From positions 550,570 through 614,569 of the forward strand of contig CDMY01000255.1 of the NCBI GenBank assembly GCA_001179505.1: a DNA stretch of 64,000 bases. The letters run 5' to 3'. Of this stretch, positions 38,269-50,723 are shown piece by piece; the first letter of the stretch is position 1; every line of letters starts with the position of its first letter. The notes under the pieces were generated by a model. It worked only from the letters and a program-made list of their open reading frames with translations. It made no database searches and had not been told where the DNA came from. The DNA comes from Vitrella brassicaformis CCMP3155. Taxonomy: Eukaryota > Protista > Chromerida. The position numbers were made by a program, and so were the translations under genes.

Positions 38269-40016
38269 GGGAGGATGTGCGTGGATAAGACAGGAGAGAG
38301 AGACGGTTACGTAGCAGTGAGTGAGTGTCCAGCCGTTCATTGATCGTTCGTGTGTGGAGTCTCTGTATTTTATGGAGTCTCTGTATGTTAGTGTGCACAC
38401 AGCGGGTGGGCGAGTCCAGTGGAGTCAGTCGAGTCAGTCGGTCGCAAAGAATGAGCCAGGGCCAGAGAGGGAGTCAGCCAGTGAGTGAGGAGTCAGTCCA
38501 CTTAGTATTGTGTGTCGTTACCTATCATAGCTATCTACTATGGACCAGTGTGCATTAGAGACAGACCAACAAACGAACACTCTATCAATCATCAAACAGT
38601 CGACCGGAGGGGGCAGACACAGAGAGAGAAATCTATGTATTAGGAACAGCACAAAGGCAAGGCAGGGCAGGGCAGGGCACACACACACACACACATACAC
38701 ATACAAACATACGTACACTTATCGGGTACAGACAGACAGACAGACTACGTATGAAACACTTTGTCAGAAGAGCGCAAGCCACAGGCATCCATCATCCACA
38801 CACCCACAGCCACACCCACACTCACACCCATTCACCGCTGCACAGGCTCGTTGCAAAAAGAACAACCAGACACGGACGCCCGCACAACGAACGTATTTAT
38901 TGAGTATATATGTATGTGTGTGTCATCTCATCGTGTGTCTTGACGTCACTCACTAGCTAAAGTAAGGGATTAAACAGAGTACATCACTGACTGCACATAT
39001 CATTCATTTACACACACAGGAAAAACGGACACATCCATCCATCCATAACAATACGTACCCACACAGTATTGATGCCCCCACCACACCCCCAGCGACCGAC
39101 CGACGAAAAAATCACATCACACGACGCGAAAAGACCCGCTAGCTGCAGCATCATGTGTGTGTTTGCCTGCCAGCCAGCCACACCAGCAGTGACTGTGACG
39201 CATGTGCGAAACACTTCGTCCGTGTACGTACGTCTGTGTGGGCATCTCCGTCCGTCACAAAAGGGTCACGCTGCTAAGGCAGTGGCAGGCAGGCAGGCTG
39301 CGAATAGCAAGTCATGTGGGGAGTCTGCAGCCATCGAAGGAAAGACTTCTGGGTAGGAACGGGATAGCGTGTGTGTGTGTGTGTGCGTGTGAGAGAGAGA
39401 GAGAGATAGAGAGTGTGTCTGATACAGAGGAGTCGCAGAGACGGCCAGGCAGGCAGGCAGGCAGACGGTGATAGCTGCATGGACAGCAAGGGCCTAACAA
39501 ACTCGCCACGACTAACAAGCCAACCACGACAAAAAAGGTCAATGAGCGTGTGTGGGTCAGCCAGTTGTGTGTGAGAGAGAGTCGGTGAGAGCAGTGCAGA
39601 GCAGTACAGCCAGAAAAGGGCGACGAGAGAGAGCCGCCGCCGCGTGTCACGTGTGCATATTGTCACATACTGGTCCATCCATTTGAGGAAGATGAGCACA
39701 TCCATCCATCCGTCGGTCGGTCTGTCTGCAAGTGGACCGCACAGCAGGCCAACCAGCCAGTCGGCCCCTCCCGCCCCTCCCCTCCTCAGGTAGCACCATC
39801 CTCTACGTATGCACGCGATATTAAATAACCACAGGCAAGGCAACACGCACCAACCGTACCTACCGGACACCTCATTCTTCACAGGTGGATAAATACATAC
39901 ACAATCACACATCACACAACACACACACACACACACACACACAGACAGAAAACACGCAATTCCCTCCCCCCTTCCCCCCCGTCCCGCCCCTCACCCCTGT
40001 CCCCTCATCATCTCTT

Positions 40017-42078
40017 TCACCACTTCTCCTGCGGCACCCAGCAGAGCTCTGGGAACTCCTCAGTGCTCCTGCTCCGCCCACACCCACCGCCCCGGTCCCA
40101 TCCTATGCTGCGGCTGCCCATCCGCGAGGGCGGCAGCGAGACCGGCTCAGGTGACGCCTGGCCGAACGGCGACACCAGCTCGTTGCTCGTCTTAGGGCCC
40201 ATGTGGCACGTCCGAGAGGCCGTCGTCTCCTGCGGGCTGCGCCATCCCACATGGCGTGTCCGCGATCGGCTGTGCCACTCGTCGCGGGCTCGCGCGCTGC
40301 CCGTGTGTGCGTCCGTCCATGCGCCGCTGCTCATGAGAGCCGATATGGAGCTCTCGCTGCGGGCGGGGAGAAAGGGCAGCCGGGGGGCGGGCTGTCGCAT
40401 CGATGCCGTGCTCATCTCGTCCAGATCGGCGCGGCGGCTGGATGCGGGCGTGGCGATGGTGCTGACCGTCTTGACGCGGGAACTCTGCTCGCCAGAGACG
40501 CAGTACAGTGGGGGGTCCCTCGGCAGCCCAGTGAGTCGCTTGGTCCGAGACGGACGGGCCTTGTGCAGCCCGCAGAAGAAGAGCCCTCCCGTGTTTGCCG
40601 ACTTGCTCGGCTTGCTGGCCGCGCCACAGTGGTGGCACTGGACTCTTGCGGGGCACTGGCTGGCGCCGGTGAATGCGGGCTGCTCTGCAGCCGCGGCAGC
40701 TGCCCGCTGGACCTCCCGTCTGTGGTAGAACATGTGGAGGGAGAGGTAGCACAGGAGCAGGCCCACAAAGACGACCACCACGATCGGGTAGAACCAGAAA
40801 GGGATCCCGCCGGGCGGCCCCTCTTCTTTTGAAGACGACCTTCGGTGGTGGTCGGTGGATGGCTTGGGCACCTTGTGGTTGTCTGCTTTGGGAGGGAGGG
40901 AGGGGAAGGGAGCCGTCTCGGTGCGGTTGGCGGTGGCTACGGGCTGCATGAGGGCATGATGCTTCTGTTTCTCCTGCTGCTGCACGCCCCCCTTGTCTCT
41001 CTTGTTGTTCTCATTGCCACGTGCTGTGTCTTCGTTTCTGGTGGGCTCTGTGGTGATCTCCAGCGACTCGTCAGTGACCCGCACGTCGATGGTGCTGTCC
41101 TCCTCTCTCTCACGCCCCTCAACAACGGCAGAAGACTCATCCCGCTCCCTCGTCTCGCCACTGCCGTTGTGAGCATTTCCTGCGCTGTCTTCCCGCCACT
41201 CGGCCTCCTCTGACCTCACCCCAACCGTCCGCAGCATCACATTCCTCTCTGTCCTGCCGCTGCCATTGCCGCTGCCGGCCCTGGTCGATCCACAGTCCGA
41301 TGAGCCGTTGGCCTGTCCCCACTCGTGGCCAATGTTGCAGTGGACAGGGCGGCTCTCGGGGGTGTCCTCGACCGCCTGCGGCGGGAGGGCAGCGATCTGC
41401 TGCTTGGGCGTGGGCAGTCTGGGTGTGGGCCTGGGGAAGTATCTCGGATCGTCGTCCCAGAAAGCGGGGAGGGTCATGGTGAGGGGGAAGGTCTTGTCGA
41501 CCATGAAGGCCTGCCGCAGCAAGGACTGGGGGTCCGACATGACCGACCGATAGATGGACAGGAAGTCGTCGAAGCGCTCCTGATGGGGGCCGGACGGGAT
41601 CCTGCCCGAATACCATACCAAACGCACAGGCGAGGCGTGGAGGGTTGATTCCATTGTGATGTCTGTGGCGTGTTGTGTCTGACTCACTCGATTGCGGCGA
41701 TGACGGATCCAGGTTTGACGTCCCTCAAAAAGACTTCAGATGGGATGAGGCCCAGCGACCGGGCCACTGCGTTCTCGAGCTCCTTCGCAAACCTCTTGTA
41801 AGCCTTCGCAGACTGATATATAGATCACACGCAGACAAACACCCCCCGCAGAGAGAGTTGTGAGAAGCGTGAAAGTGATTGCTTTGCTCTGGCGTGCTGA
41901 CCTTTGTGACGTCGTGGTAGTCCCTGTCGACGATTCTCATGGTGAGCACCCGCGCCATCCTCGCGTCCTGGGGCTCTGTCAACCCCCTCACCGACTGCGG
42001 CCCGGCAGCCCATACTCCCGACGCCGCCCCTAGAGATACTGAGGCCCACAGCAGAGTTCCCAGGGCATTGACAAACAT
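40017..42078 (-). CDS. Type I membrane protein with an N-terminal SEA-like domain, low-complexity stalk, TM helix and cytoplasmic tail
   Basis: Exons 42078-41902, 41812-41688, 41601-40017 are phase-consistent. Signal peptide MFVNALGTLLWASVSLGAASG; 'RVLTMRIVDRDYHDVTK|SAKAYKRFAKELENAVARSLGLIPSEVFLRDVKPGSVIAAIE|IP'; TM 'FWFYPIVVVVFVGLLLCYLSL'. Confidence 0.75.
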
Positions 42079-42366
42079 TTCGTCGAGAGATCAGCCGCCG
42101 CCTCAGCAGGGCCGGTCCGGCATCTGCCGCGAAGGGCCGCCCCTCTCCCCCCAGACGCACAGAGATCGGGAGATAGGGGAGCACAGCGGATGGAGAGGGG
42201 GTAGCCAGGTGTGCCTGGCAGGTGTGTACGCAGTCCGCGCCTGGGAAGGAAGTGCCCGAGACCCCGTTGCGCGTGAAACGTAATTATTGCCGTTGATAGC
42301 TATCCACTCACTCGTCGATTCCCTTTCTTTCTACTCCCACATCACACAGCCGCGAAGCAGCAGGAG

Positions 42367-45300
42367 ATGGCCCGGCCTGTCTTGCCGCCTCACAGTGGCA
42401 CTTACGGCGCCTTTGCAATGGAGGAGTCGGAGTCTCAGAGTGACAGTGATGGAATGTGCGGAGGGCCAGCAAGGGCTCAAGTAGAATGTTTGCCGCACCC
42501 AGAGGACATCTTTGACATGGGTATGCCCTCAAAAGAGGAAAGCAGGCTCACTTCCCTTGTTTGTGTGAGACACTGTGGGCATACACGCAACATACATGTG
42601 TTGTCAGACACCACTGAACTGGCTGCGGCTCTGGCTAAGGTCGAGCGGCTCCCAATGGATGGCAAGGGTCCAGTGCCCGACATCGTCTACGTGGCATCGC
42701 TCCTTCGCCGGGAGCTGGAGGAGCGCAAACTCAGCTGTGCCATCATGCAAGCCCTTGTGGCCCCACAGCACCGGCCAGCCGAGGTCTGCCAGGCAGCAGA
42801 GAACCGTGCGCTGCCAGAGCAGCCGGCACAAACATCCCCTCCATGGCCCACCCTTCGCCTCCCACCAAAGACAAGGCGAGTGCGCCGTCATGCTGAGAGG
42901 CCTGGCGTCGGCTTGGCATCACCGCGCCCAGCACAGGACCGGCAGCGGACAGGGAGGAGGACGCATGGCGCCAAGGCGAGAAAGAGCTCATCCCAGCAGT
43001 GGCGCCCGTCGCCTGTTGCGTTCGACTTTGTCATCGTAAGACGACGCGTTGCACAAGCATGATTTCTGAGCCGATATATGTTATGATTTGATGGCTTTTG
43101 TCTTGGTGTCAGGGCAAGAGCTCTGTCCAATCGGTGGCCAAGCCGAAATTGGCTGTGAGACAAGACGACCAGGTCATTGAAGACAAGCCAAGTCCAAGGC
43201 GGGCCGCCCCTGAGTCGCCTCGTGGTGTGAAAAATCGGCCCAAGCCTCTTGCTAGGGGGCCACAAGAGCATGGGGCTTCCAGCGCGCCCATCCTCGATAT
43301 AGCGACCGACCCAGCGGACGGGCCAGAACAGGCAGCGGTGGCCAGCGGGGGCGAGCCAGAAGAGACGCCAGAGGCGGCTGTCTCAATTGAGGGGACACCC
43401 GGGAGTGACATCACGACGGCCGCCGATGACGCCCACGATTTGTCCCGCGTCGAGACATCTGACGCGCAGTGCATTGGGCAAGAGGAGCCACCCCCTCCAG
43501 AACAAGTGTCGGCTTTGGGCTGCGGGGAAGAGGAATCGGCGCGGGAGACACTGGAACGGCCAAATGAGGTCAATCTCGCCTCTTTTGCCACCCACAGCAC
43601 GTCGCCGGCAGCTGTGTGTCCCTCAATGGCGATTGCGGCTCTGGACGCGGCTGCCCCCTCTTCCAGCACAAGTGACGATAAGGGTTCAGAGGGGTCTGAG
43701 TGTCTCATGGCGATGAAAGTGGCAGCCGAGGGGGTTGTCAAGTGTAGCCCGCTGAGGGGACAGCGCGGCGAAAGAGAACAACAACACAAGGAGACACCGA
43801 GACGGACAAAGCCCGAGCCAACTGTATCTGCCTCGGAGGATGTCCCGTCTTGCTGCGTTGACGATGATGATAGTGCGGAGCTCGACAAGCCAAGCTATCC
43901 CACCCCTACTCTCGAGCCGAGACCCCCACAGGCATCGCCCGATGCATCAGACCCCCCACATGAGACAGCAGAAGGCGGGACGAAGGTCGAAATTGTCACC
44001 CTACCACCAGCCAAGAATGATGATGCTGCTCAACAAGAGAAATACGATGACAAGGATGGCAAGGAACGCACCGAGGCGGCTCTTCCGGAGGGGAACACCA
44101 ACCCCCGGAGGAAACGGATGGCGGCACACGCCACAGCCAAGGCCCCGAGGACCCGGCCCACCAGTGCCCGTCCCGCCTTGAATCCTCTGGCGATCGACTG
44201 GATGGGCATCTCGCCCAGCAGCGTACTGGTGGACTACTCGAATGAATACCGGTCGATATCTGACATTCTGTGCTGTGCGGACGCTTCGCGGAAGGAGTGG
44301 GTGTTGCGGGAGACGATGCACCTGTTCAAGCACTTCTGTGAGGTCATGCAGCCCCTGCAGGTCCATTTAGACCGATTCCAGGTGAACAATTAGCCTAAAC
44401 GCGTTTCAATCCAGACGACAGACACATTGCTTTCTTTCTCTTCTCTGTCTTTTCGTGTCAGGACGATTCCTCAGGTCGTGCAGATTCGCAGCGCGACAAG
44501 AGAGCCGAGATGCGAGCCGCGTTGCAGACTTGCCTGCAGGCTCTGCCAGGCCCCTCGTCATCCACTGGCCTCTACGGTCTTTTTCTCAGGGGCATCCTGC
44601 AGCCCATCGACCGCCCTCCTGCGAACGGCACTGACAAGGACACTGACCGCAAGCCGCTTGGCTACGCCACACTGGAGCGGCTGTTGTCGAGGGAAGATGA
44701 CTTGGTAGCGAGTGCCGTGCGGCAGCAGATGGAGAAAGACCGACAAAGAGAAGAGAAGCCGCTGTCGGTGTACTCTTTGAGGTATTATCGCGTGGTCCAG
44801 CATCGCACGGAGGTGTACGATATTGTCACAAGGTATCTTGGCAGAATTCGCGCATACATTCTCTGCCACTCCTGTCCGTGTCCCACTTACAACATGTCTC
44901 TCTCTCTCTTTCTTAGGGCGTTGCATCAGAAGGATGGCTGGGAGGAGCTGCCTCACGGGCTGGGGCTTGGCCCGTGCTGGAACCTCCTGTGGACGTGGGG
45001 CCGTCCGCGCGTCGACTACTCTCGTCTCCTACAATGGCAGAAGGTCAACCATTACCCCCACTCCAGACACCTTACACGCAAGGACTACCTCAAGCGGTGC
45101 ATCGAGCGCTATGTCAAGATGGGCGGCAAGGCGGGAGAGGCCTTCCGCATCATGCCGCTCACCTTCACCCTGCCCAAGGAGTACGTGCCTTTTGTCGAGG
45201 CTTTCTCGGGGACGCCTGACGAGGAGAGGGACCACCGGCTGTGGATCCTCAAGCCGGCGGGCAGCTCGCGCGGCCGTGGGATTCAGATCATCAACGACCT

Positions 45301-46382
45301 GAGCGGTGTGACATATGGCGAGCAGATGGTCATCCAGGAGTATATTCGCAGGCCCTTGTTGCTGGAGGGCTTCAAATTTGACCTCCGAGTCTATGTGCTT
45401 GTGACGTCATTCCAGCCTCTCGAAGCATTTGTCTACAAGAGGGTACGATTGCTTCCACCTTGTCATGCATATCGCGTCTCTCTCTCTCTCTCTCTCTCCC
45501 TCTCTGTTGCCATTCTGCATTGACCAGGGGTTTGCCCGCATCGCCACGGTGCTCTACTCGGCTGACCCGCGCGACATCCACAACCGTTTTATCCATCTGA
45601 CCAATTCATCCATCCAGCGACACAACATGCCCGACGCCACACAGCCCACCAGCAAGCAACACGAGACCGCACAGCCCCACGACGAGCCGATCGACAGCCC
45701 GCCCCTCGATGTGCTATTCGGCGGCACCAAGATTAGCCTGGATGATTTGACAACGAGGCTTGAGGCCAGAGGGATCGACTGGGCTGATCTCTGGAGACGC
45801 CTCTGCGACGTCGTTTTGAAGAGTCTCTGCTGCTGCCAGGACTTCATCCCTCACCAGAGGAGCGCATTCGAGCTGTTTGGCTACGACATCCTAATCGACG
45901 AGCGGCTGAAGCCTTGGCTGCTAGAGGTGAACGCGTCGCCGTCTCTGGGTCAGGAGCATGTGCTCGACGAGAAGGTGAAACTGCCTCTCATCTCCGACAC
46001 CATAGACCTGGTCGCCCCGTTGGCCTTTGACAGGCAGAAACTTGTACAGGTCCGTCACCAGGCCGGGCTGCTCATACTCCACTTGCAGTGCCAATGGTGT
46101 CTCTGTCTATCTGCCGTTCGATTCATTCAGGTCCTTAGTCGCCGTCTGGAGGGCTCTCAGAAGACCTCAGCCAGCGTGACAGGCGTATCGGTTTCTGGCT
46201 CGTCCAAAATCCACCAGCAGCTCATGGTCGACATCAATGCTGTCCTCAACAAAGCGCCCCTACGCCGGCCCGGCGAGCTGCCGGGCGAGCTGGCAAGACG
46301 GGGCGACTACGAGTGCATAGCGCCGTCACGGGCATGGGACGGTATACTAAAGGTACGCAGATGCATCTTCGGCGCGACGTGA
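42367..46382 (+). CDS. Tubulin-tyrosine-ligase-like polyglutamylase (TTLL4/5-like)
   Basis: 'QKVNHYPHSRHLTRKD', 'WILKPAGSSRGRGI', 'VIQEYIRRPLLLEGFKFDLRVYVLVTS', 'HLTNSSIQ', 'FELFGYDILID', 'PWLLEVNASPSL'. The start of the long low-complexity N-terminus is uncertain. Confidence 0.92.
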
Positions 46383-46930
46383 CCAGATGAGATTACAGTC
46401 GTGTTGCCTCTCGCGCGTGCATGGGAGCACTGATATTAGCTTTTGGTACACATGTCTCTTCGTTGTACATCCGTGTTACACACGCTTATGTCAGACGCCT
46501 TTACTTCATAGTGTGTGATGGACGACACATGGACCAGTCCCCTTCACGGTGCCTAGAGTCACATGCTCAGCGCTTTTTGCTCACTCTCTTGACGGCGTCA
46601 TTAGCCGCCTGTGCAGCTCCATTGCTGGCAATAAAGGTGTAGTGCTTTAACAAGTACCTATCGCACCGCCCAGCTCTCAACACGTCCGTGCGTACGAAGT
46701 GGCCATTGAGAAAACTCGCAACTGTCTCTCCCGCAGTCAGTCACACGCACACACGTACACACACACACACACACCGTTTCACACACGGCCGGCCGGCACG
46801 AGAGTCCGCCGCTCTCACGCTGCATCCCTCCCTCTCCATCCGGTGGGCTGTCTGGTCTATCGATGGCTGGCTACTCTTTGTACGACCTCTCCCGTCTCGT
46901 TGCGTGGGTGAGTCTCCGTGGACGCATCTA

Positions 46931-48939
46931 TCACGGTGCGCGGGGCTCGAAGGCCACCCTGCCGAGCCCCACAGCCTTGCCCGCCCTGCGCATGTCGTCG
47001 ACGCACTGCTCGACCGTCCACAGTCGGCGGGTCAAATTGCGGGAGGTCGTCGGGGCCGGCAGAGTGGCCATGTAGCTGCACACACACACACACAGACAGA
47101 GACAGAGAGAGAGAGAGAGACGCGAAGTACACGCACGGACCATTCGATATGAATGCGTCCGTTCTTCTTCGTTCGTCGTGGGTCCGGTCGTCTCATGCAC
47201 TCACTTGGCGGCGACCTCTCCCATGTACACGGCCACCATATGCGTCTTGTTGCGGCTCACGTACGCCTCCGCCACAGGGATCTCCGGCTCGCTCTGCACA
47301 GGGATCTCCGGCTCGCTCTGCGGTGCGCCCTTGGCCTTCAAACTCTGCAAGTGGTACGCCAGCTTCACCTGCACGGATCCACACAGAACAACGATAGAAG
47401 CACACATGAACGAACAGGACATGACCGCAAGTCATAGATGATGGCTGTATGGCTGTCGCGCCGCGGTGGGTGGGCTCATGCACATACTACGTCACTGATT
47501 GCCATCGTGCGGGGGCCCTTGAAGACAAGGCTATCGCTCAGACGCGACGCGACCTCAAGCACCTCGTATGCACTCTGCAAAAAGCGCACGCACCGCACCA
47601 AATAGAGACGCCACGCACAAAATGAGAGCCATTGAAAGGGAGTAGTGTGGGGACTTATGTCTGGGTTTGTTTGTGCGTACCAGTTTCCCGTCGGCTCCCA
47701 TTCTGTCGAGGGGGCATGCTCCCTCTGTCGCGTACGCCGGGCCCCATGGCATGTCGATGTGCATTGCGGCGAACTTCTTGCCGATCGGCTGCCACTTACT
47801 GGCGAGGCGGGCCACACCGTCGAAGAAGTCGCCACACGCTATGCGCACACGCTCTAGGACGCCTACGTACATGCGCACATACAGGGAGGGACAGAGAACA
47901 ATAAATGGATAACCTCATGCATACAAGACCCGCCCACTCTTTCGTTCTACGTCGCTGTGCGCACCCACCGTGCGCACTGGCGTTGTGGTGGGCGTCGTTC
48001 ACGTTGTTCTGGTCGATGTCGATGGCCCACACCTTCAGGCCCGCCGCCGCCAGCGACACCGTCTGACCGCCGACGCCGCAGAAGGCGTCGAACACCTTCC
48101 CAGCAGGGCAGAATTGGCAGATGGCCGCCGTGATGGCGTCGGCAATGTACTTTGGCGTCACCGATTTCCTGCAGGCGCGATGCAAACACATAGTACGCAC
48201 GCAGTGCAAAACCGGGCACGTACACACAGGCGTGTGTCGTCGCTCACCGCATGGATGCCATGTACTTGACCTGTCGCCACACCTTTCCCCACAGCCACTC
48301 ATTCGCCGTCTGACAGAATACATGCCATCGCGCACCAATCAACTCAACGCGCAAATCCTTCCGTGCACGTGTGTACATCCCATCCCCCATGCATGCAGTG
48401 TGCATCACATAGAGTCCCGCGTCTGTATGCATCTGTCTTCTTACGTTGGCGTGGGGGCACTCGCGGATGACGATGGCCACCTTACCGACGACCTCCAGGC
48501 GGTCGGGCGGGGGGGCGTCAGCGCCAGCCGGGTCGGGCATGGCTGAAGCTACGGCACTAGCTCCGGCACTCGCTGGTAGATGCCGGGGGTGACCAATTGG
48601 GGGTGACGATGACGAAGCTACGCCGGGGGAAGAAGGCCGCTGCCCACGGGGCTGACACTCGAAGTCTTGAGAGGTCGCTTGTTGAAAGCCGCTGCAGACA
48701 ACACAGCTACGATGATCAAGTGCTGGGGGCGTCGATCCGGTGCCAGGATGCGCGTCTCGGCCATCGTTCCCGGCCCTGCTCGTCCTCTCGAGTGAAGTGC
48801 CAGCAACGCAGAAGAGACAGCCATCTGTCGCCCGGCAGCGCGGTGCCGCAACGTCGAGAGCACGCGTCTCGGCTCTGAGGTCGGGGCTGCAGGAGTTGGT
48901 GCATCGATAACCAACCGCGTCAGGCAGACAGATAACCAA
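46931..48939 (-). CDS. TGS1-like RNA cap guanine-N2 methyltransferase (Methyltransf_15)
   Basis: 'KSVTPKYIADAI', 'VFDAFCGVGGQT', 'VWAIDID..NVNDAHHNA', 'RVRIACGDFF', 'DMPWGP', 'VFKGPR'. The last exon ends at 46931. The start is uncertain. Confidence 0.8.
47273..47320. repeat. Perfect 24-bp tandem duplication encoding QSEPEIPV x2 in the TGS1-like gene
   Basis: cacagggatctccggctcgctctg occurs twice in direct tandem. Confidence 0.95.
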
Positions 48940-49279
48940 CTTGCTAAGCTGCTGCTCACTTGTGGCGAGCCTGACGGGGTGCAGTGTGCCTCCAGACGTC
49001 TGCCCTCACGCCCAGCTAGTCAGTGAGTGCTGTGGCTGGTTGAGCGGTGTCGATGAGTGAGTGACTGGGTGGACACTGATCGTGCCAGCGTGCTTTCTTT
49101 TTCTCCATCGATTGATTGCATTCATATCGACTTTGCCAAATTCACTTTTTTCAATCGATCTTCTCCAGTTTCTGTGCGCACAGGACGCTCACCCACAGCC
49201 ACATCGCAGCCACAGCCACATTGAAAGCGAAGAGGTACGCCTTCTTCATCCCCAGTCTACAATGCACCAACTCAATAAA

Positions 49280-50032
49280 TCACAACATCAAAGCGACAAC
49301 CATAGCAACGACGAGCAGAGTCGCACTCACGAGTAACTCCCAGTGGAGCCAAAGCACAACACCATTGGCCACTCCATAAACCACGTCCAGCTGTGAGCAA
49401 TAGGGCTCGACACTGACTCCATCTTCCATCATAGCCCTTATGGTGAAGTAGCTCATGCCAAATAGCGCAACAAAGATGACGACTACCAGGTCGTTGATCT
49501 GGGCAATGGCACCGACCGCCCAGTCAGGAAGCGTCTGAGCCAGATTGGGGCCATGATAGCGTCGAAGCAGGTGAAAAATCCACAGCTCCGTAGCGGCCAC
49601 AAGCAAACGATGGATGCCTGCCCACAAGAAGCCCCGCTGCCTCTTGTTCTTTTCCGTCCTTTTCGCGCAGAAGAACCGCCTCCATCCCCTCGGCTCCTTC
49701 TGGGCCTCAGTAGTGTCACTCTCGTCGACTGTAAGCACCACTGACGGCACGGCAGCACTCACAGCAGGCGGTGGCGGTGGCAAGGCAATGCGGTAGTTCG
49801 GGCGTGGGCAAGGGGTCTCCTGAAACAGCGGGAATCCCGATATGCCGGCCTCACCTATAGCGACACACACACACACACACACACGTGCGCGCGCACACAG
49901 AGGACAGTGATTTCTGATACATGTCGTTTGTCTGCGTGTGTGCTGTGCTCGACCATTGGTGTGAATCCAGTAGCGGCCCTGGTCTTTCACAGCACTGGGG
50001 TCGACCGTCCCTCTCGTCGCCAGGTCCACCAT
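49280..50032 (-). CDS. 250-codon ORF with 2-3 hydrophobic segments, antisense to the hAT relic (possibly not a real gene)
   Basis: Open frame with an in-frame GT...(TG)n...AG intron-like segment at ~49957-49856 and a hydrophobic C-terminus. No family recognised. Confidence 0.3.
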   Translation of the reverse strand: MVDLATRGTVDPSAVKDQGRYWIHTNGRAQHTRRQTTCIRNHCPLCARARVCVCVCVAIGEAGISGFPLFQETPCPRPNYRIALPPPPPAVSAAVPSVVLTVDESDTTEAQKEPRGWRRFFCAKRTEKNKRQRGFLWAGIHRLLVAATELWIFHLLRRYHGPNLAQTLPDWAVGAIAQINDLVVVIFVALFGMSYFTIRAMMEDGVSVEPYCSQLDVVYGVANGVVLWLHWELLVSATLLVVAMVVALML

Positions 50033-50723
50033 AGTGAAATTGACACCCGGTGGGATGTGGAAAAACGTAACGATCTCGTTTGTCCAATGTCCCTTTGGAG
50101 CCGTTCAACATTGACCATGGTAAAGAATCTGCACACGCACACACGCACACACGCACACAGAGAGAGAGAGTGGACGCAACGCAGAGAAGCAACCCGTGTT
50201 GGCTTGCCTGAGCAGGGGTTTGCAGGTGATCAAAACTGAGGCACACACACAGGCACGCAGCTGTCACCAGGCTTTGTACGCGTCAGCTGCACGTCCGCTT
50301 CTCCTTCTTCCTGCGATAGATCCGCAGCAGCGTTTCAGGGAGCACCCTACGGCGAAGTCCCCTCTTGGTCTGTCCAACAAGGATGAGTCTCATATTTTTG
50401 CATTCTGTCCATTGTATCGCTCTCTTCGTGACACACTGCACACAGTTGTCGGCCGGCATGGCGTGACTGCCCCTGATGCCTCTAGTTATCGTCTGTGGCG
50501 CAGGTCACATCCAATTGTGTTCACTTATTGTGTGCTGCAATCGGACAAACTGCCGGTGCTTTCTGCAGCGGCCGACTTTCTTCTGTCAGCACAGGCGACA
50601 CGCACTAAGTGGCTTGCCCTCAACCCATTCTTGCCAGACAGTCAGGCAGGGGAAGACGACGAGCTGCTGTACGAACAGCATGTCTTAGATCAGTGGGCGC
50701 TCGACGTCGAGCTCTCTGACTAG
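49400..50723 (+). mobile_element. Decayed hAT-superfamily transposase relic
   Basis: hAT-like motifs in canonical order across frames: 'RPVRKRLSQI..VK..L...TMDAC' (DxW-like, 49607-49621), 'STTDG' (~49740), 'CRPHL' (CxxH, 49843-49857), 'EIDTRW' (50036-50053), 'LEPF' (50095-50106), 'AIDPQQR' (LDPR-like, ~50313), and the dimerization-like 'DKLPVLSAAADFLLSAQAT'. The ERxFS catalytic Glu is missing and no convincing TIR/TSD was found. Confidence 0.6.

Noticed and set aside
38270-40010. ORFs and GAGTCAG-type repeats between the EEP and SEA genes
   Set aside because: Dominated by simple repeats typical of UTR or intergenic DNA. No coherent spliced ORF could be built.
17085-48939. Functional 'RNA-end metabolism cluster' (nucleotidyltransferase, CCR4-like, TGS1-like)
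   Set aside because: The genes are 10-20 kb apart and interspersed with unrelated genes in a eukaryote. Co-location is likely coincidental without synteny evidence.
50095-50125. In-frame TGA in minus-strand 'ILYHGQC*TAPKGHW' as possible selenocysteine
   Set aside because: The preceding exon does not join in that phase, no SECIS was identified, and the region is better explained as antisense of the hAT relic.
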